Source: a bacterium
GTDB taxonomy: Bacteria > Patescibacteriota > Minisyncoccia > UBA6257 > JAGOQP01
Assembly (NCBI GenBank): GCA_021814695.1
Contig: JAKAHY010000003.1
Span: forward strand, 20,692-84,691
DNA: 64,000 nt
Direction: 5' to 3'
The notes below the pieces were generated by a model, which searched no databases, was not told the DNA's origin, and saw only the letters and a list, made by a program, of their open reading frames with translations. Position numbers and translations under genes: made by a program. This document shows, piece by piece, positions 1 to 10,116 of the stretch. Within the stretch, counting starts at the first letter, position 1; each line of letters opens with the position of its first letter.

Positions 1-2
1 CG

Positions 3-1997
3 CATTGCCAGGGGCTTGGAACAAAGCTTGAGATTGATTTGGATATTATTCTCGAGCCGACCTTATCGCTTGAAGCCGGCGCCATCAAGCCTCTTTTTTC
101 TTTGAGCCGAATGGCTCGGCGCGCATTGGGGGCCAACTGGCAGCATTTTGTGACAGAAACAATAGTCAGGGACCATGGTTATTCTCCCAAGACTAAATTC
201 GGGGATCTTTCCAAGGAGGTTCAGGATTTGATTCTTTACGGAAGCGGGGAAAATTATATTCAACTTCAAGACGGAGACTGGGAAGGAAAAACTCAGTTTG
301 AAGGAATTTTACCCAGATTGGAGAGGTTATACTACGAAACGGATTCGGATTTTATAAGGCAAGAACTCGGTAAATATATGCGCGAAGCAACTTGTCCGGT
401 TTGTCAGGGAGCCAGAGTAAAAAAAGAGTCGCTGGCGGTAAAAGTCGGGGGAAAAAACATCGCTGAAGTTGCCACGCTACCGGCCCAAAAACTTGTTAAT
501 TTTTGCCGTGCCGAAATATACAAGGGGATGTCCCAAAGCCAAAAATCGGTAGCCGAACCTATAATAAAAGAAATAATTACCAAAACTCAATTTCTCAATG
601 ATGTCGGTTTGGATTATATGACAATCAATCGTTCGGCAACGACGCTTTCGGTGGGTGAAAATCAACGCATTCGTTTGGCGACTCAGCTGGGGTCGGGGCT
701 TTCGGGAGTCATTTACGTTTTGGATGAGCCGACTATCGGTCTTCATCCGCAGGACACCGACAGGTTGATAAATACGTTAAAGACATTAAGAGACCTTCAA
801 AACACCGTTGTTGTTGTTGAACACGACGAAAGAGTTATCGCAGAATCGGATTGGGTGATAGAGATAGGTCCGGGAGCGGGAGAGGATGGGGGCAAGGTTG
901 TTTTTACCGGTACTCCCCAGGAACTTTTGAAATCAAAAACTTTGACCGGAATGTATTTATCGGGCAAAAAAACAACCGAATCCGGACTTGAAAAAAATCT
1001 GACCGACATCAAAGAAAAAGAATCCATTAAAATATTGGGAGCTTCCCAATTTAATCTTAAGGACGTCGATTTTAAGGTGCCGACAAAAAAGTTTGTCTGT
1101 GTTGCGGGAGTTTCGGGTTCGGGAAAAAGCACCTTGGTATTGGATGTATTTGCCAAAGCTCTGGAAAAAGAAGTTCTTAAATATCCGTCGGTACCGGGAG
1201 ATTACAAAAAACTTGAAGGCCAGGACAATATTAATAAGGTGATCGTTATAGACCAAAGCCCGATAGGAAGAACTCCGCGTTCCAATCCGGCCACATATAC
1301 CGGAATTTTTACTCCGATAAGATTGTTTTATTCCCATCTTGAGGAGGCGCAAATCCGCGGATATGGTCCGTCATATTTCAGTTTTAACGTTAAGCCTGGA
1401 AGGTGTGAAGCGTGCAGAGGCGAAGGATACAAAAAGGTAGAAATGTATTTTTTGCCGGATATGTACGTCGAGTGCGAGGTCTGTAAAGGAACCAGGTTTT
1501 CTCAGGAAGTTTTGGATGTTAAATATAAAGACAAGAGCATTGCCGATGTCTTAAATATGAGCGTCAAAGAAGCTTTGGGTTTTTTCGCATCATTCCCTCA
1601 GATTTCAGAAAAGATAAAAGTTCTAAACGAAATCGGTCTTGGATATATGAAACTGGGCCAACCGGCAACGACTTTGTCGGGAGGGGAAGCCCAAAGAATA
1701 AAATTAGCCGACGAGTTGGCTCGACGCTCGACGGGCAAAACTCTTTATGTTTTGGATGAGCCGACGGTGGGCTTGCATTTCGACGACGTTAAAAAACTTC
1801 TTTATATTTTGCGCTCGCTGGTGGTTAAAGGAAATACGGTTTTGGTAATTGAACACAACCTGGACGTATTGAAAGAGGCCGACTGGATTGTTGAGCTTGG
1901 TCCCGGGGGCGGAGAAAGCGGAGGTAAAATTGTTTTCGAGGGAACTCTGGACCAGATAAAAAAGAAAAAAACAACAACCGGAAAGTATTTGATATAA
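3..1997 (+). CDS. uvrA: Excinuclease ABC subunit UvrA (5'-truncated by window edge)
   Basis: Frame open from base 3 (HCQGLG...); Zn-finger CPVC/CEAC/CEVC; Walker A GVSGSGKST; signature LSGGEAQRIKLA; DQSPIGRTPRSNPATY motif typical of UvrA. Confidence 0.96.
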   Translation, partial: HCQGLGTKLEIDLDIILEPTLSLEAGAIKPLFSLSRMARRALGANWQHFVTETIVRDHGYSPKTKFGDLSKEVQDLILYGSGENYIQLQDGDWEGKTQFEGILPRLERLYYETDSDFIRQELGKYMREATCPVCQGARVKKESLAVKVGGKNIAEVATLPAQKLVNFCRAEIYKGMSQSQKSVAEPIIKEIITKTQFLNDVGLDYMTINRSATTLSVGENQRIRLATQLGSGLSGVIYVLDEPTIGLHPQDTDRLINTLKTLRDLQNTVVVVEHDERVIAESDWVIEIGPGAGEDGGKVVFTGTPQELLKSKTLTGMYLSGKKTTESGLEKNLTDIKEKESIKILGASQFNLKDVDFKVPTKKFVCVAGVSGSGKSTLVLDVFAKALEKEVLKYPSVPGDYKKLEGQDNINKVIVIDQSPIGRTPRSNPATYTGIFTPIRLFYSHLEEAQIRGYGPSYFSFNVKPGRCEACRGEGYKKVEMYFLPDMYVECEVCKGTRFSQEVLDVKYKDKSIADVLNMSVKEALGFFASFPQISEKIKVLNEIGLGYMKLGQPATTLSGGEAQRIKLADELARRSTGKTLYVLDEPTVGLHFDDVKKLLYILRSLVVKGNTVLVIEHNLDVLKEADWIVELGPGGGESGGKIVFEGTLDQIKKKKTTTGKYLI

Positions 1998-2062
1998 ATA
2001 GATATAAGATTGAGATAAAGTTGATATATTAAGAGAGGTTGTTGTGAAGTGAAGGTGTTTAT

Positions 2063-2099
2063 AAAAAAGAAGGGGAGCAGCGCGAAGCTGCTCCCTTTT
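2063..2099. terminator. Bidirectional intrinsic terminator
   Basis: A-tract, AAGGGGAGCAGC-GCGAA-GCTGCTCCCCTT, T-tract; lies between convergent uvrA and 2149..2607. Confidence 0.8.
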
Positions 2100-2148
2100 G
2101 AGACTGGCACGAATGTTTCGGGTTCTTGGTGTTGCGCTAACCCGGAGG

Positions 2149-2607
2149 TTAGCTGAGGAGGTCGATGATGCCGTTCAGCTCGGCCGCCTCGCTGTTGAGC
2201 TTGACCGCTTCCATCTGGAGCTCGGTTGCCTTGGCGTCTGCCTTGCCCTTGGTTTCGTTGACCTTGTAGCTGATCCTGTTGTGGATGGCTGCGATCTTGG
2301 CCTCCAGCCTGGAGATCTTAGCCTCCATCTTGAGGATCATCCGGTCGATAACGTCGCGGGCGCTCGAGAGAACATTGCGCGCCGCATCGTTCAGAGCATG
2401 AGCGCCGCTGACCTTGGCCTCGCGCTCGGACCGGGCCTCGTCAAGAGCGACGAAGTTGATGCCGGCGGACTCCAGGAAGTCCTGGAGATCCTGGACGGCG
2501 TCCTGCGACGCCACCCGACCGCGCGCTTCCCACCGCGTGAGAAGCTTGCGCAGCTCCTCGAGTCCGTACTTCGCCTTGAAAAGGTGAGACAGGGTTGTGA
2601 TCTTCAC
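2149..2607 (-). CDS. GC-rich helical/coiled-coil hypothetical protein
   Basis: GTG start with SD AAGGGAG; upstream TTGACT-16-TATAAT on the minus strand (~2710-2737); heptad-like C-terminus. Confidence 0.7.
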   Translation of the reverse strand: MKITTLSHLFKAKYGLEELRKLLTRWEARGRVASQDAVQDLQDFLESAGINFVALDEARSEREAKVSGAHALNDAARNVLSSARDVIDRMILKMEAKISRLEAKIAAIHNRISYKVNETKGKADAKATELQMEAVKLNSEAAELNGIIDLLS

Positions 2608-2738
2608 TGGCGACTCCCTTCGGTCCTTTGTGCCCCTTAGTTCTCCTCAAAACCAGAGATTGGGGCTGGTTTTCTTTTCGTGCCTTAGTGTACGATTATT
2701 ACGAATGAAATTATAAACTATTGTATAAAAAAGTCAAC

Positions 2739-2878
2739 CCCGCACCTTTGCTCAACTCAAGCTATCGCTTGAATTAGTATTTATAACCACCAAAGCTGTT
2801 GATTGTTTTAAATTGGGCCGATAGCTTCAGCTCTTACTATCAAAAATGGCCTATTATACAGTTGAGCAAAGGTGCGGG
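2739..2878. mobile_element. MITE-like element with 19-bp perfect terminal inverted repeats
   Basis: CCCGCACCTTTGCTCAACT ... AGTTGAGCAAAGGTGCGGG; related element at 55628-55760. Confidence 0.6.
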
Positions 2879-2977
2879 ATTAACCCCATTAGAAGCAGAT
2901 ATGCGCTGCGAGCACTTGCAGACTCTATCTGGATAAAGCATCTTAAAAAAGCATCTATTTTGATATAATTTAAAATA

Positions 2978-3196
2978 ATGAAAATAACCGTGATTGCTAA
3001 AGTCGGAAAAAAAGAAGAAAAGATTATCAAATTAAATAACTTGTTGTTTGAAGTCTGGACAAAAATGCCCGCCAAGGAAAACAAGGCCAACGAAGATATT
3101 ATTCGCCAGCTGGCCCAATATTTTAAAATTCCCAAATCCCGAATCAGCCTTTATCTCGGCAGAACTCAAAAAGAAAAAGTTTTTGAAATAAAATAA
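2978..3196 (+). CDS. DUF167/YggU family protein
   Basis: PAKENKANEDIIRQLAQYFKIPKSRI...G...KEK pattern; 72 aa. Confidence 0.8.
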   Translation: MKITVIAKVGKKEEKIIKLNNLLFEVWTKMPAKENKANEDIIRQLAQYFKIPKSRISLYLGRTQKEKVFEIK

Positions 3197-3238
3197 AAGA
3201 CCATAATATGGTCTTTAAATTCCGATCTATTATCTCGA

Positions 3239-3457
3239 TTAGTTCTGGTCCGTCTTTCCGGAAAGTCTTTTCAATTTATTTTCCAATTGATACGTTTTTT
3301 CGGTAGCTACGGCCAGGATGTACATTCCGACAAATTCAATACCAAGCGACAAATTTATCAACGATTCGTGCTTACTCGTTGCAAATCCTACCATACCGAT
3401 TACAAGCAATATAACTCCCAATATGACCAATCTGATGATGCGAACCAATCCTATCAT
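3239..3457 (-). CDS. Small two-TM membrane protein
   Basis: SD GGAGGT; upstream TTGACA promoter (~3484-3513); two hydrophobic segments. Confidence 0.6.
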   Translation of the reverse strand: MIGLVRIIRLVILGVILLVIGMVGFATSKHESLINLSLGIEFVGMYILAVATEKTYQLENKLKRLSGKTDQN

Positions 3458-3541
3458 TTGGGTACCTCCGAATTTCTACAAATAATATAAGCGGTTTTCT
3501 ATAAGCTGTCAATTTTATTTGATTATCGATTAAGCCCCCGA

Positions 3542-4255
3542 TTATTTTATGTGATGGAAAACATCGACAATAAGCCGATCGTCGGGAGTGATTGTTTTTT
3601 CGATGGCTTTAAAAATAACATCTGCCACCTGTTGAGGGGTGTGGTACGGTTTTTCTTTTGGAAAAAGCCCTTTAAACATTTTTGTATTGGTTGATCCCGG
3701 GCACACCGTCACAAAATTCATTTTCAGTTTTTTTAACTCCTCATTTAATCCCTGGGTAATATTAATAACAGCGGCTTTGGTCGCGGAGTAAACAGCAATT
3801 TCATCAACGCCATAAATTCCTGCTCCGGAAGCGATGTTGATAACAGTTTTCCCTTGGCAAGAATTTGATGTTTCGCATAGTTTTATAAATTCCTGCATGC
3901 AGATAAATACCCCTTTTACATTAACTCCTATTACAAAATCCCAATCCTTTTCGGTTGTTCTCAAAAAATCTTCTCTTTTTGCCACTCCGGCATTATTTAT
4001 TAAGATATCCAGAGAGCCGAACTTTTTTTCAGCCGCCTCCATTGCTTTTCTGACCTGATTTCGTTTTCGGACATCTCCCTTGGCCAATAATACTCGGCCA
4101 TTAAGATTTAACTCCTTCATCTCGGTTGTCTTTGGAATGTCGGGAGAATAGATAACAACGTTGTATCCTTTGGAGAGAAGCAAATGGGCCGTTGCTAGAC
4201 CGATTCCGGAAGCGCCTCCGGTAATAAAAGCGGTTTTGATCTTGGTGGTTGTCAT
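3542..4255 (-). CDS. SDR family NAD(P)-dependent oxidoreductase
   Basis: TGGASGIG, NNAG and YSATK motifs. Confidence 0.93.
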   Translation of the reverse strand: MTTTKIKTAFITGGASGIGLATAHLLLSKGYNVVIYSPDIPKTTEMKELNLNGRVLLAKGDVRKRNQVRKAMEAAEKKFGSLDILINNAGVAKREDFLRTTEKDWDFVIGVNVKGVFICMQEFIKLCETSNSCQGKTVINIASGAGIYGVDEIAVYSATKAAVINITQGLNEELKKLKMNFVTVCPGSTNTKMFKGLFPKEKPYHTPQQVADVIFKAIEKTITPDDRLIVDVFHHIK

Positions 4256-4279
4256 GATATTATTCAGTATATCACAGTT

Positions 4280-5332
4280 ATGAGTTACGGATTATTTCTC
4301 GCTACGCTGATAGTTGTTCTTGGGGCCGCATTTGTAGCGGCGTACTTTTTGTTCGGAAAAAAGAACAAGGGAGAGGAAAAGACCCAGGATTCCGCCTTTC
4401 TTATGCTTCAAAATCAACTGAACGAAATAACGCGGGTTATGGACAGCAAATTGGGGGAATCACAGAAGGCCACAGTCAGCCAATTCCAGGAAAGTGCCAA
4501 AATAATCCGGGACGTGACCGAAAAATTAACCAAACTGGACGAGACCAACAAACAAGTTATAAATTTTGCCGACCAACTCAAGAATTTGCAGGATATTTTG
4601 AAAAATCCGAAACAGCGGGGAATTTTGGGAGAGTATTATTTGGAAACGGTTTTAAAAAATGTTTTTGCGCCCGGGCAATATCAGATGCAGTATGAGTTCA
4701 AGGATGGAGTGATTGTGGATGCCGTGGTATTTGTAAAGGATAAGATAGTTCCGATTGACTCAAAATTTAGCTTGGAAAATTACAACAGAATTTTGGAAAG
4801 CCGCACCGACGACGAGCGGGAAAGATATGAATCGGCATTTATCAGCGATTTGAAAACAAGAATAGACGAGACTTCCAAATACGTAAAACCCGAAGAGGGT
4901 ACGATGGAGTTTGCTTTCATGTTTATACCTTCCGAGGCCGTCTATTATGATTTGCTGATAAATAAAGTAGGAGCGCTTAAGGCCAATACGAGGGATCTAA
5001 TCGAATATGCCGCTCAAAAGAAAGTTATGGTTGTTTCGCCAACGACATTTCTGGCTTATTTGCAGACGGTTCTCCAGGGCCTTAAAGCAATGCAGATAGA
5101 AGAATCGGCAAAGGAAATCAGAAAAAGAGTTGAGGATTTAGGCAAACATCTGACGGCGTTTGATTCGTATATGGGAAAACTCGCCGGCCATCTGAGCACT
5201 ACCGTAAACACTTTCAATACTGCCCACAAAGAGCTTGGAAAAATAGATAAAGACGTTCTCAAGATAACCGGAGATTCGGGCGGAATAGAAATTAAGCAGA
5301 TTGAAAAGCCGACACTGTTTGACGAAGAATAA
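4280..5332 (+). CDS. rmuC: DNA recombination protein RmuC (paralog 1)
   Basis: N-terminal TM, coiled coil, RGILGE, PIDSKF, FMFIPSE, VSPTT motifs. Confidence 0.9.
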   Translation: MSYGLFLATLIVVLGAAFVAAYFLFGKKNKGEEKTQDSAFLMLQNQLNEITRVMDSKLGESQKATVSQFQESAKIIRDVTEKLTKLDETNKQVINFADQLKNLQDILKNPKQRGILGEYYLETVLKNVFAPGQYQMQYEFKDGVIVDAVVFVKDKIVPIDSKFSLENYNRILESRTDDERERYESAFISDLKTRIDETSKYVKPEEGTMEFAFMFIPSEAVYYDLLINKVGALKANTRDLIEYAAQKKVMVVSPTTFLAYLQTVLQGLKAMQIEESAKEIRKRVEDLGKHLTAFDSYMGKLAGHLSTTVNTFNTAHKELGKIDKDVLKITGDSGGIEIKQIEKPTLFDEE

Positions 5333-5442
5333 AATATCCGCCTGGTAGGCGGATTTATTTTGGGTGCGTGGGGTTGACTTTCTTTCCGGCGCGACTAAAA
5401 TTGCTATACGAATCAACTTTATAAGTAAAATATTTAAGCGAT

Positions 5443-5730
5443 ATGAACTTAAAACCGCTCTCAAACCATATTCTCATCCAACCTTTGGAGGAAGAAAAAA
5501 CAACGAAGTCGGGATTGGTGTTGCCGGAAAACGCTTCGGAAAAACCGACGCGAGGTAAAATCATTGCCGTAGGTTCCGGAAAGAAAGACGAAAAGGGACA
5601 ATTAATTTCCATGACCGTAAAAGTCGGCGATATTGTTTTGTTCAAAAAATACGGCCCTGACGAAATAGAAATGGATGGGGTTAAGTATCTTATAGGAGAT
5701 GAGGATGATGTATTGGCAATAATCGAATAA
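5443..5730 (+). CDS. groES: Co-chaperonin GroES
   Basis: LKPL...TKSGLVLP...AVGSG...VKVGD; adjacent to groEL. Confidence 0.97.
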   Translation: MNLKPLSNHILIQPLEEEKTTKSGLVLPENASEKPTRGKIIAVGSGKKDEKGQLISMTVKVGDIVLFKKYGPDEIEMDGVKYLIGDEDDVLAIIE

Positions 5731-5769
5731 ATAATTGGTGGTAATTAGTAAATAATAATTTTTTAAACT

Positions 5770-7410
5770 ATGGCTAAGCAAATACTTTTTAATGAAAAAG
5801 CTAGGGATGCTATAAAAAGAGGAATCGATAAATTGGCCGAAGCGGTCAAGATGACCTTGGGTCCCAGAGGAAGAGCGGTTGTTATTGAAAAGGGATACGG
5901 CGCTCCGCAGGTAACTTTCGATGGAGTGACGGTTGCAAAGGAGATTGAGCTCGAAGATAAGTATGAAAATCTCGGAGCCGAATTCATAAAGCAGGCAGCC
6001 GACAAGACAAACGACGTCGTAGGCGATGGAACGACAACGTCGGTTGTACTTGCTCATGCGATGATAAACGAAGGCGAGAGGCTTATTCGCGAGAAAGGAT
6101 TTAATGTGATTCAGCTTTCGGAGGCTCTCAAAAAAATGAGCACGGACGTTATTAAAGAGCTCGAATCTCAAAGAGAGGTAATAGCGGACGACAAAAAAAT
6201 AAAAGAAGTCGCCACCCTTTCGGCGAAAGACGAAGGCATCGGAGAAAAAATAGCCGAAGTGATGAAAAAGATGGGCAAAGAAGGAGTTGTCACGGTTGAA
6301 GATTCAAATGCTATCGGAATAGACCACGAAATGGTGGAAGGAATGCAATTTGATAGGGGATACATTTCTGCTTATATGGTAACCAACCCCGATAAGATGG
6401 AGGCGACCATCGAAGATCCTTATATTCTTGTGACCGATAAGAAAATTTCCGCAATAAACGAAATTGTTCCGCTTTTGGAGAAAGTGATAAAGACCGGAAA
6501 AAAAGAAATGGTAATTATCGCCGATGACGTTGATGGAGAGGCTTTGGCAACTCTGGTACTCAACAAGCTTCGCGGAATATTTACCGTACTGGCTCTTAAA
6601 GCTCCGGGATTTGGGGACAGAAAAAAAGAAATGCTTCAGGACATCTGTGTTGTCACGGGAGCCGAATTTATTTCCGAAGAAATGGGCAGAAAGCTTGAAA
6701 ATGTAGATGTCACCAATTTAGGAACAGCCCGAAGAGTGGTGTCCAATAAGGACAATACAACAATAGTAGACGGAAAAGGCGGCAAGGACGCGATCGAAAA
6801 GCGCATCGCTCAGATTCGTTCACAGTTACAGAAAACGGAATCCGATTTCGATAAAGAAAAACTTCAGGAACGCTTGGGAAAACTTTCCGGAGGCGTGGGA
6901 GTTATCAAAGTTGGAGCTCCGACCGAATCGGCCCAAAAAGAACTGAAACAAAGAGTTGAAGATGCCGTAGCTGCCACAAAGGCGGCCATGGAAGAGGGAA
7001 TAGTCCCCGGAGGAGGAATGGCTCTTTACAATGTTTCTGTTAAGGGAGTTAAGCTTGCCGATGGATTTGATAAACATGTTTCGGAAGCGGCCAACTCAAT
7101 CATTCAAAAAGCCCTTCAGTCTCCTTTAGAGGCGATAGCGATCAACAGCGGTGCCGATTATAAAGGTGTTGTCGAAAAACTCGGAAAAGAAAAAGGAGAC
7201 AATTCATGGTTCGGATATAATGCGATGACCGATGAAGTGGGAGATTTAAAAGAGGCCGGCATTATTGATCCGCTGAAAGTTACCAAAACTGCTTTTATAA
7301 ACGCTCTTTCGGTTGCCGGAAATTATCTGACAATTGGAGCGGCGGTTACCGACATTCCGGAAAAGAAAGAAGAACCCAAAGGGATGCCGCATATGCATGA
7401 TTATGAATAG
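5770..7410 (+). CDS. groEL: Chaperonin GroEL
   Basis: TLGPRG, GDGTTT, EGMQFDRGY, GIVPGGG motifs. Confidence 0.98.
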   Translation: MAKQILFNEKARDAIKRGIDKLAEAVKMTLGPRGRAVVIEKGYGAPQVTFDGVTVAKEIELEDKYENLGAEFIKQAADKTNDVVGDGTTTSVVLAHAMINEGERLIREKGFNVIQLSEALKKMSTDVIKELESQREVIADDKKIKEVATLSAKDEGIGEKIAEVMKKMGKEGVVTVEDSNAIGIDHEMVEGMQFDRGYISAYMVTNPDKMEATIEDPYILVTDKKISAINEIVPLLEKVIKTGKKEMVIIADDVDGEALATLVLNKLRGIFTVLALKAPGFGDRKKEMLQDICVVTGAEFISEEMGRKLENVDVTNLGTARRVVSNKDNTTIVDGKGGKDAIEKRIAQIRSQLQKTESDFDKEKLQERLGKLSGGVGVIKVGAPTESAQKELKQRVEDAVAATKAAMEEGIVPGGGMALYNVSVKGVKLADGFDKHVSEAANSIIQKALQSPLEAIAINSGADYKGVVEKLGKEKGDNSWFGYNAMTDEVGDLKEAGIIDPLKVTKTAFINALSVAGNYLTIGAAVTDIPEKKEEPKGMPHMHDYE

Positions 7411-7436
7411 TAATCAGTAAATAGTAATTAATAAAT

Positions 7437-7466
7437 AAAACGGGGGTGATAAACGCCCCCGTTTTT
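7437..7466 (+). terminator. Intrinsic terminator after groEL
   Basis: AAAACGGGGGTG-ATAAA-CGCCCCCGTTTTT. Confidence 0.75.
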
Positions 7467-7579
7467 ATGTAGAGTTTTTTCGCTAATTACTAATAACCGA
7501 TTACCATTTACTGATAACGGGCGTTTTGTTTTTTATGCGATTATGATACAATTGATTGGTAATAATTAATAATAACAAT

Positions 7580-8143
7580 ATGGATATTCTTTCATCGTTG
7601 AACGTTCTCTGGATTCTTTTGGTTCTGATCGTGTTGGCGACCATTTTCATTTACAACGGCCTTATCCGTACTCGTACCCGGGTTAAAGAAGCCTGGTCCG
7701 ATATTGAGGTACAACTCAAACGGAGATATGACCTGATTCCTAACTTGGTAAGTACGGTCAAAGGATATGCGTCACACGAGCAGGGAGTATTTGAAGACGT
7801 AACCAATGCCCGGGCAAACGCTCTTTCTGCGGGCTCCAAAGACGAAAAAGCTCAGGCAGAAAATGCTCTTTCGGGAACTCTAAAATCGCTTTTTGCGGTT
7901 GCCGAAAATTACCCCGATCTTAAAGCCAATCAAAACTTTTTGGATCTTCAGAGCCAACTGACCGATACCGAAGATAAAATTCAGGCAGCGCGCAGATTCT
8001 ACAACAGCATCGTAATGGATTTGAACACGCGAGTTCAGACGTTTCCTACCAATTTTTTGGCAAGAATATTTGGCATCGGACAAGAAGAATTTTTCGGGGT
8101 CGAATCCGAGGCGGAAAAATCTCCTGTAGAAGTAAAATTTTAA
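7580..8143 (+). CDS. lemA: LemA family protein
   Basis: AWSDIEVQLKRRYDLIPNLV, ENYPDLKAN, ARRFYN; ATG at 7580 preferred over the track's TTG start. Confidence 0.94.
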   Translation: MDILSSLNVLWILLVLIVLATIFIYNGLIRTRTRVKEAWSDIEVQLKRRYDLIPNLVSTVKGYASHEQGVFEDVTNARANALSAGSKDEKAQAENALSGTLKSLFAVAENYPDLKANQNFLDLQSQLTDTEDKIQAARRFYNSIVMDLNTRVQTFPTNFLARIFGIGQEEFFGVESEAEKSPVEVKF

Positions 8144-8147
8144 TAAA

Positions 8148-8387
8148 ATGTCTTGGCAATATTTAAGTGGTCAGTTTGGAATGAATGCATGGGCATTGGT
8201 GGTGCTTGTTATCTGGACTCTTTTCTGGAAAGGATGGGCTTTATGGAAGTCTGCCAGAAGGGGAGAAAAATATTGGTTTGCTGCTTTGCTTATAATCAAT
8301 CTCCTGGGACTCCTGGAAATGCTTTATATCTTTGTGATTACACCCTGGATTGATTCCAAGAAAAAGAAAGCGGAGGTTAAAGAATAA
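8148..8387 (+). CDS. DUF5652-like small membrane protein
   Basis: WKGWALWKSARR...WF..LLIINLLGLLE.LY pattern. Confidence 0.75.
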   Translation: MSWQYLSGQFGMNAWALVVLVIWTLFWKGWALWKSARRGEKYWFAALLIINLLGLLEMLYIFVITPWIDSKKKKAEVKE

Positions 8388-8454
8388 TTGACGTTTAAAA
8401 TAGGTTGTGAGAAAATTGCTCCGCATATCAAGCGGAGTAATTTATTAAATACTT

Positions 8455-9360
8455 ATGTCTACTACAGCATATTCATTCCGGGATTCAAACATAAGAAAAA
8501 CATGGGCGATATTTACGCTGTTTTTGATAATTGTTATCGGAGTGGGATGGATAATTTCACTGGCTTATAATGATGCCTCGATTCTTTATTTTGCGGTTAT
8601 TTTCAGTTTGGTAATGAACCTGATTGCTTATTGGAAATCGGATTCAATCGCGCTCTCTTTGTCACGGGCTCATGAGGCTGATAAAAATACCAACAGAGAT
8701 TTATTTAATGTTGTAGAAAATCTATCTATCACTACCGGAATTCCGACGCCCAAGATTTATATTATTGAAGATTCTTCGGCAAATGCATTTGCTACAGGAA
8801 GAAATCCAAAACATGCTTCGATTGCGGTAACTACCGGATTGTTGCAAAGGCTTAATAAGACCGAGTTGGAAGGGGTTATCGCTCATGAGATGTCTCATGT
8901 AAAAAATTACGACATTCTCGTTTCTACTGTTGTGGTTGTTTTGGTCGGGTTTATCACGATTCTTACGGATTTTTTTATGAGAAGTTTGTGGTGGCGGGGG
9001 CGGGATAGCCGCGAAAACAATGGATCTATCTTTATGATAATCGGAATTGCTACCGCTATTCTGGCTCCAATACTGGCGACAATTATTCAGATGGCCATTT
9101 CCAGAAAAAGGGAATTTTTGGCCGATGCGTCCGGAGCGTTGATAACCCGATACCCGGAAGGGCTGGCTTCGGCTCTTGAAAAAATATCCTCCGATAGGCC
9201 TATGGCACATCCCCAAAATGCCACGGCTCATATGTTTTTTTCCAGTCCGTTTAAGGCGGATGCCGGAGGTCAGCAGAAAACTCCGTGGTTTGTAAAATTA
9301 TTTATGACCCACCCGCCCATAGAAGAGCGTATCAAGGCATTGAGGCAAATGTCTCAATAA
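8455..9360 (+). CDS. htpX: M48 zinc metalloprotease HtpX
   Basis: NAFATG, HEMSH, REFLADA, THPP motifs; TM helices; next to lemA. Confidence 0.93.
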   Translation: MSTTAYSFRDSNIRKTWAIFTLFLIIVIGVGWIISLAYNDASILYFAVIFSLVMNLIAYWKSDSIALSLSRAHEADKNTNRDLFNVVENLSITTGIPTPKIYIIEDSSANAFATGRNPKHASIAVTTGLLQRLNKTELEGVIAHEMSHVKNYDILVSTVVVVLVGFITILTDFFMRSLWWRGRDSRENNGSIFMIIGIATAILAPILATIIQMAISRKREFLADASGALITRYPEGLASALEKISSDRPMAHPQNATAHMFFSSPFKADAGGQQKTPWFVKLFMTHPPIEERIKALRQMSQ

Positions 9361-9397
9361 TCTTGCTATTTATTGCCGTTGAATTTATAGTTTCATT

Positions 9398-9730
9398 ATG
9401 AAAGAACTTGCCGGTTCCGAGCGGGCGCCGATGCCCGAACGGGAAGCAATTCGAAAAGAATTGGAGGCGCTCATTCAGATTGAAAATAATCCTCACTTAA
9501 AATCGCTTAATATAAGCGAAATAGGTGATGAAGAAATAGAACTGTTTGGAAAATATCTGAAAGGCTCGCTTGGGGAAATTGAATTAAAAATCCGGATGGA
9601 AGCCATATCCAAAGAGCTTCATTCCAAAGGCATTGGCAGCGAAAAAATCCTTGACGACTCACGGATGAATCTTTTAGCATATCTTTTGAACAAAACAATT
9701 CTTTCAAAAGTTGAAAATAAGCAGAAATAA
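9398..9730 (+). CDS. Hypothetical protein
   Basis: 110-aa ORF with host-like composition. Confidence 0.55.
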   Translation: MKELAGSERAPMPEREAIRKELEALIQIENNPHLKSLNISEIGDEEIELFGKYLKGSLGEIELKIRMEAISKELHSKGIGSEKILDDSRMNLLAYLLNKTILSKVENKQK

Positions 9731-9758
9731 AATCAAAATCCCGCTTAAAGCGGAAGGG

Positions 9759-9857
9759 TGCCCGCCTTGCGCCACCGCTGAAGCTAAGGCGGCACGTGGT
9801 CGCAAACCTCTTTCGCGTAAAGCTTCAGAGGTCACGGAATGCTACGGCGGGCAGGCA
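9759..9857. repeat. Nested palindromic REP-like repeats
   Basis: TGCCCGCC...GGCGGGCA ends with internal (GA/AA)AGCT-centred palindromes; similar motif at ~24648-24675. Confidence 0.5.
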
Positions 9858-9869
9858 AGAGTTAGAGAT

Positions 9870-9904
9870 GGAGAGTTCGCATAGTGGTCTAGTGCGCAAG
9901 ATTG
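9870..9904 (+). pseudogene. Degenerate 5' half of a tRNA-Ser
   Basis: GGAGAGTTCGCATAGTGGTCTAGTGCG = acceptor 5' strand plus D-arm, then breaks off. Confidence 0.55.
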
Positions 9905-9962
9905 TTCCCGATTTATCTGAAATTTTAAAAATGAAGTTATAAATCGCAATCCCGCTTAAAGC

Positions 9963-10049
9963 GGAAGGGTGCAGGAGTGGTTTAACTGGTGGTCCTGGAA
10001 AGACCATGTGCCAGAAATGGCACCGCGAGTTCGAATCTCGCCCCTTCCG
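9963..10049 (+). tRNA. tRNA-Ser(GGA)
   Basis: Acceptor GGAAGGG/CCCTTCC; anticodon arm TGGTC-CTGGAAA-GACCA; long variable arm; T-loop GTTCGAATC; CCA not encoded. Confidence 0.93.
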
Positions 10050-10061
10050 CTTTGTGCGGGA

Positions 10062-10116
10062 GAAAGCGTGTGTGGGGTAAAACCCACCGAGAGTTCGAAT
10101 CTCTCACCCTCCGCCA
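10062..10116 (+). pseudogene. 3' half of a second tRNA-Ser (ends CCA)
   Basis: GAAAGCGTG, variable arm GTGGG-GTAAAA-CCCAC, GAGAGTTCGAATCTCTC, ACCCTCCGCCA. Confidence 0.7.

Noticed and set aside
2098-2640. 180-aa plus-strand ORF
   Set aside because: Shadow of the minus-strand gene, which has the SD, promoter and terminator
5333-5442. CIRCE operator before groES
   Set aside because: No TTAGCACTC-N9-GAGTGCTAA; only a sigma70-like promoter and a short palindrome
7408-7520. TAAT/TTAC heptamer-like low-complexity runs (also ~24140-24170 and 24385-24430)
   Set aside because: Degenerate AT-rich iterations with no constant period or spacer structure
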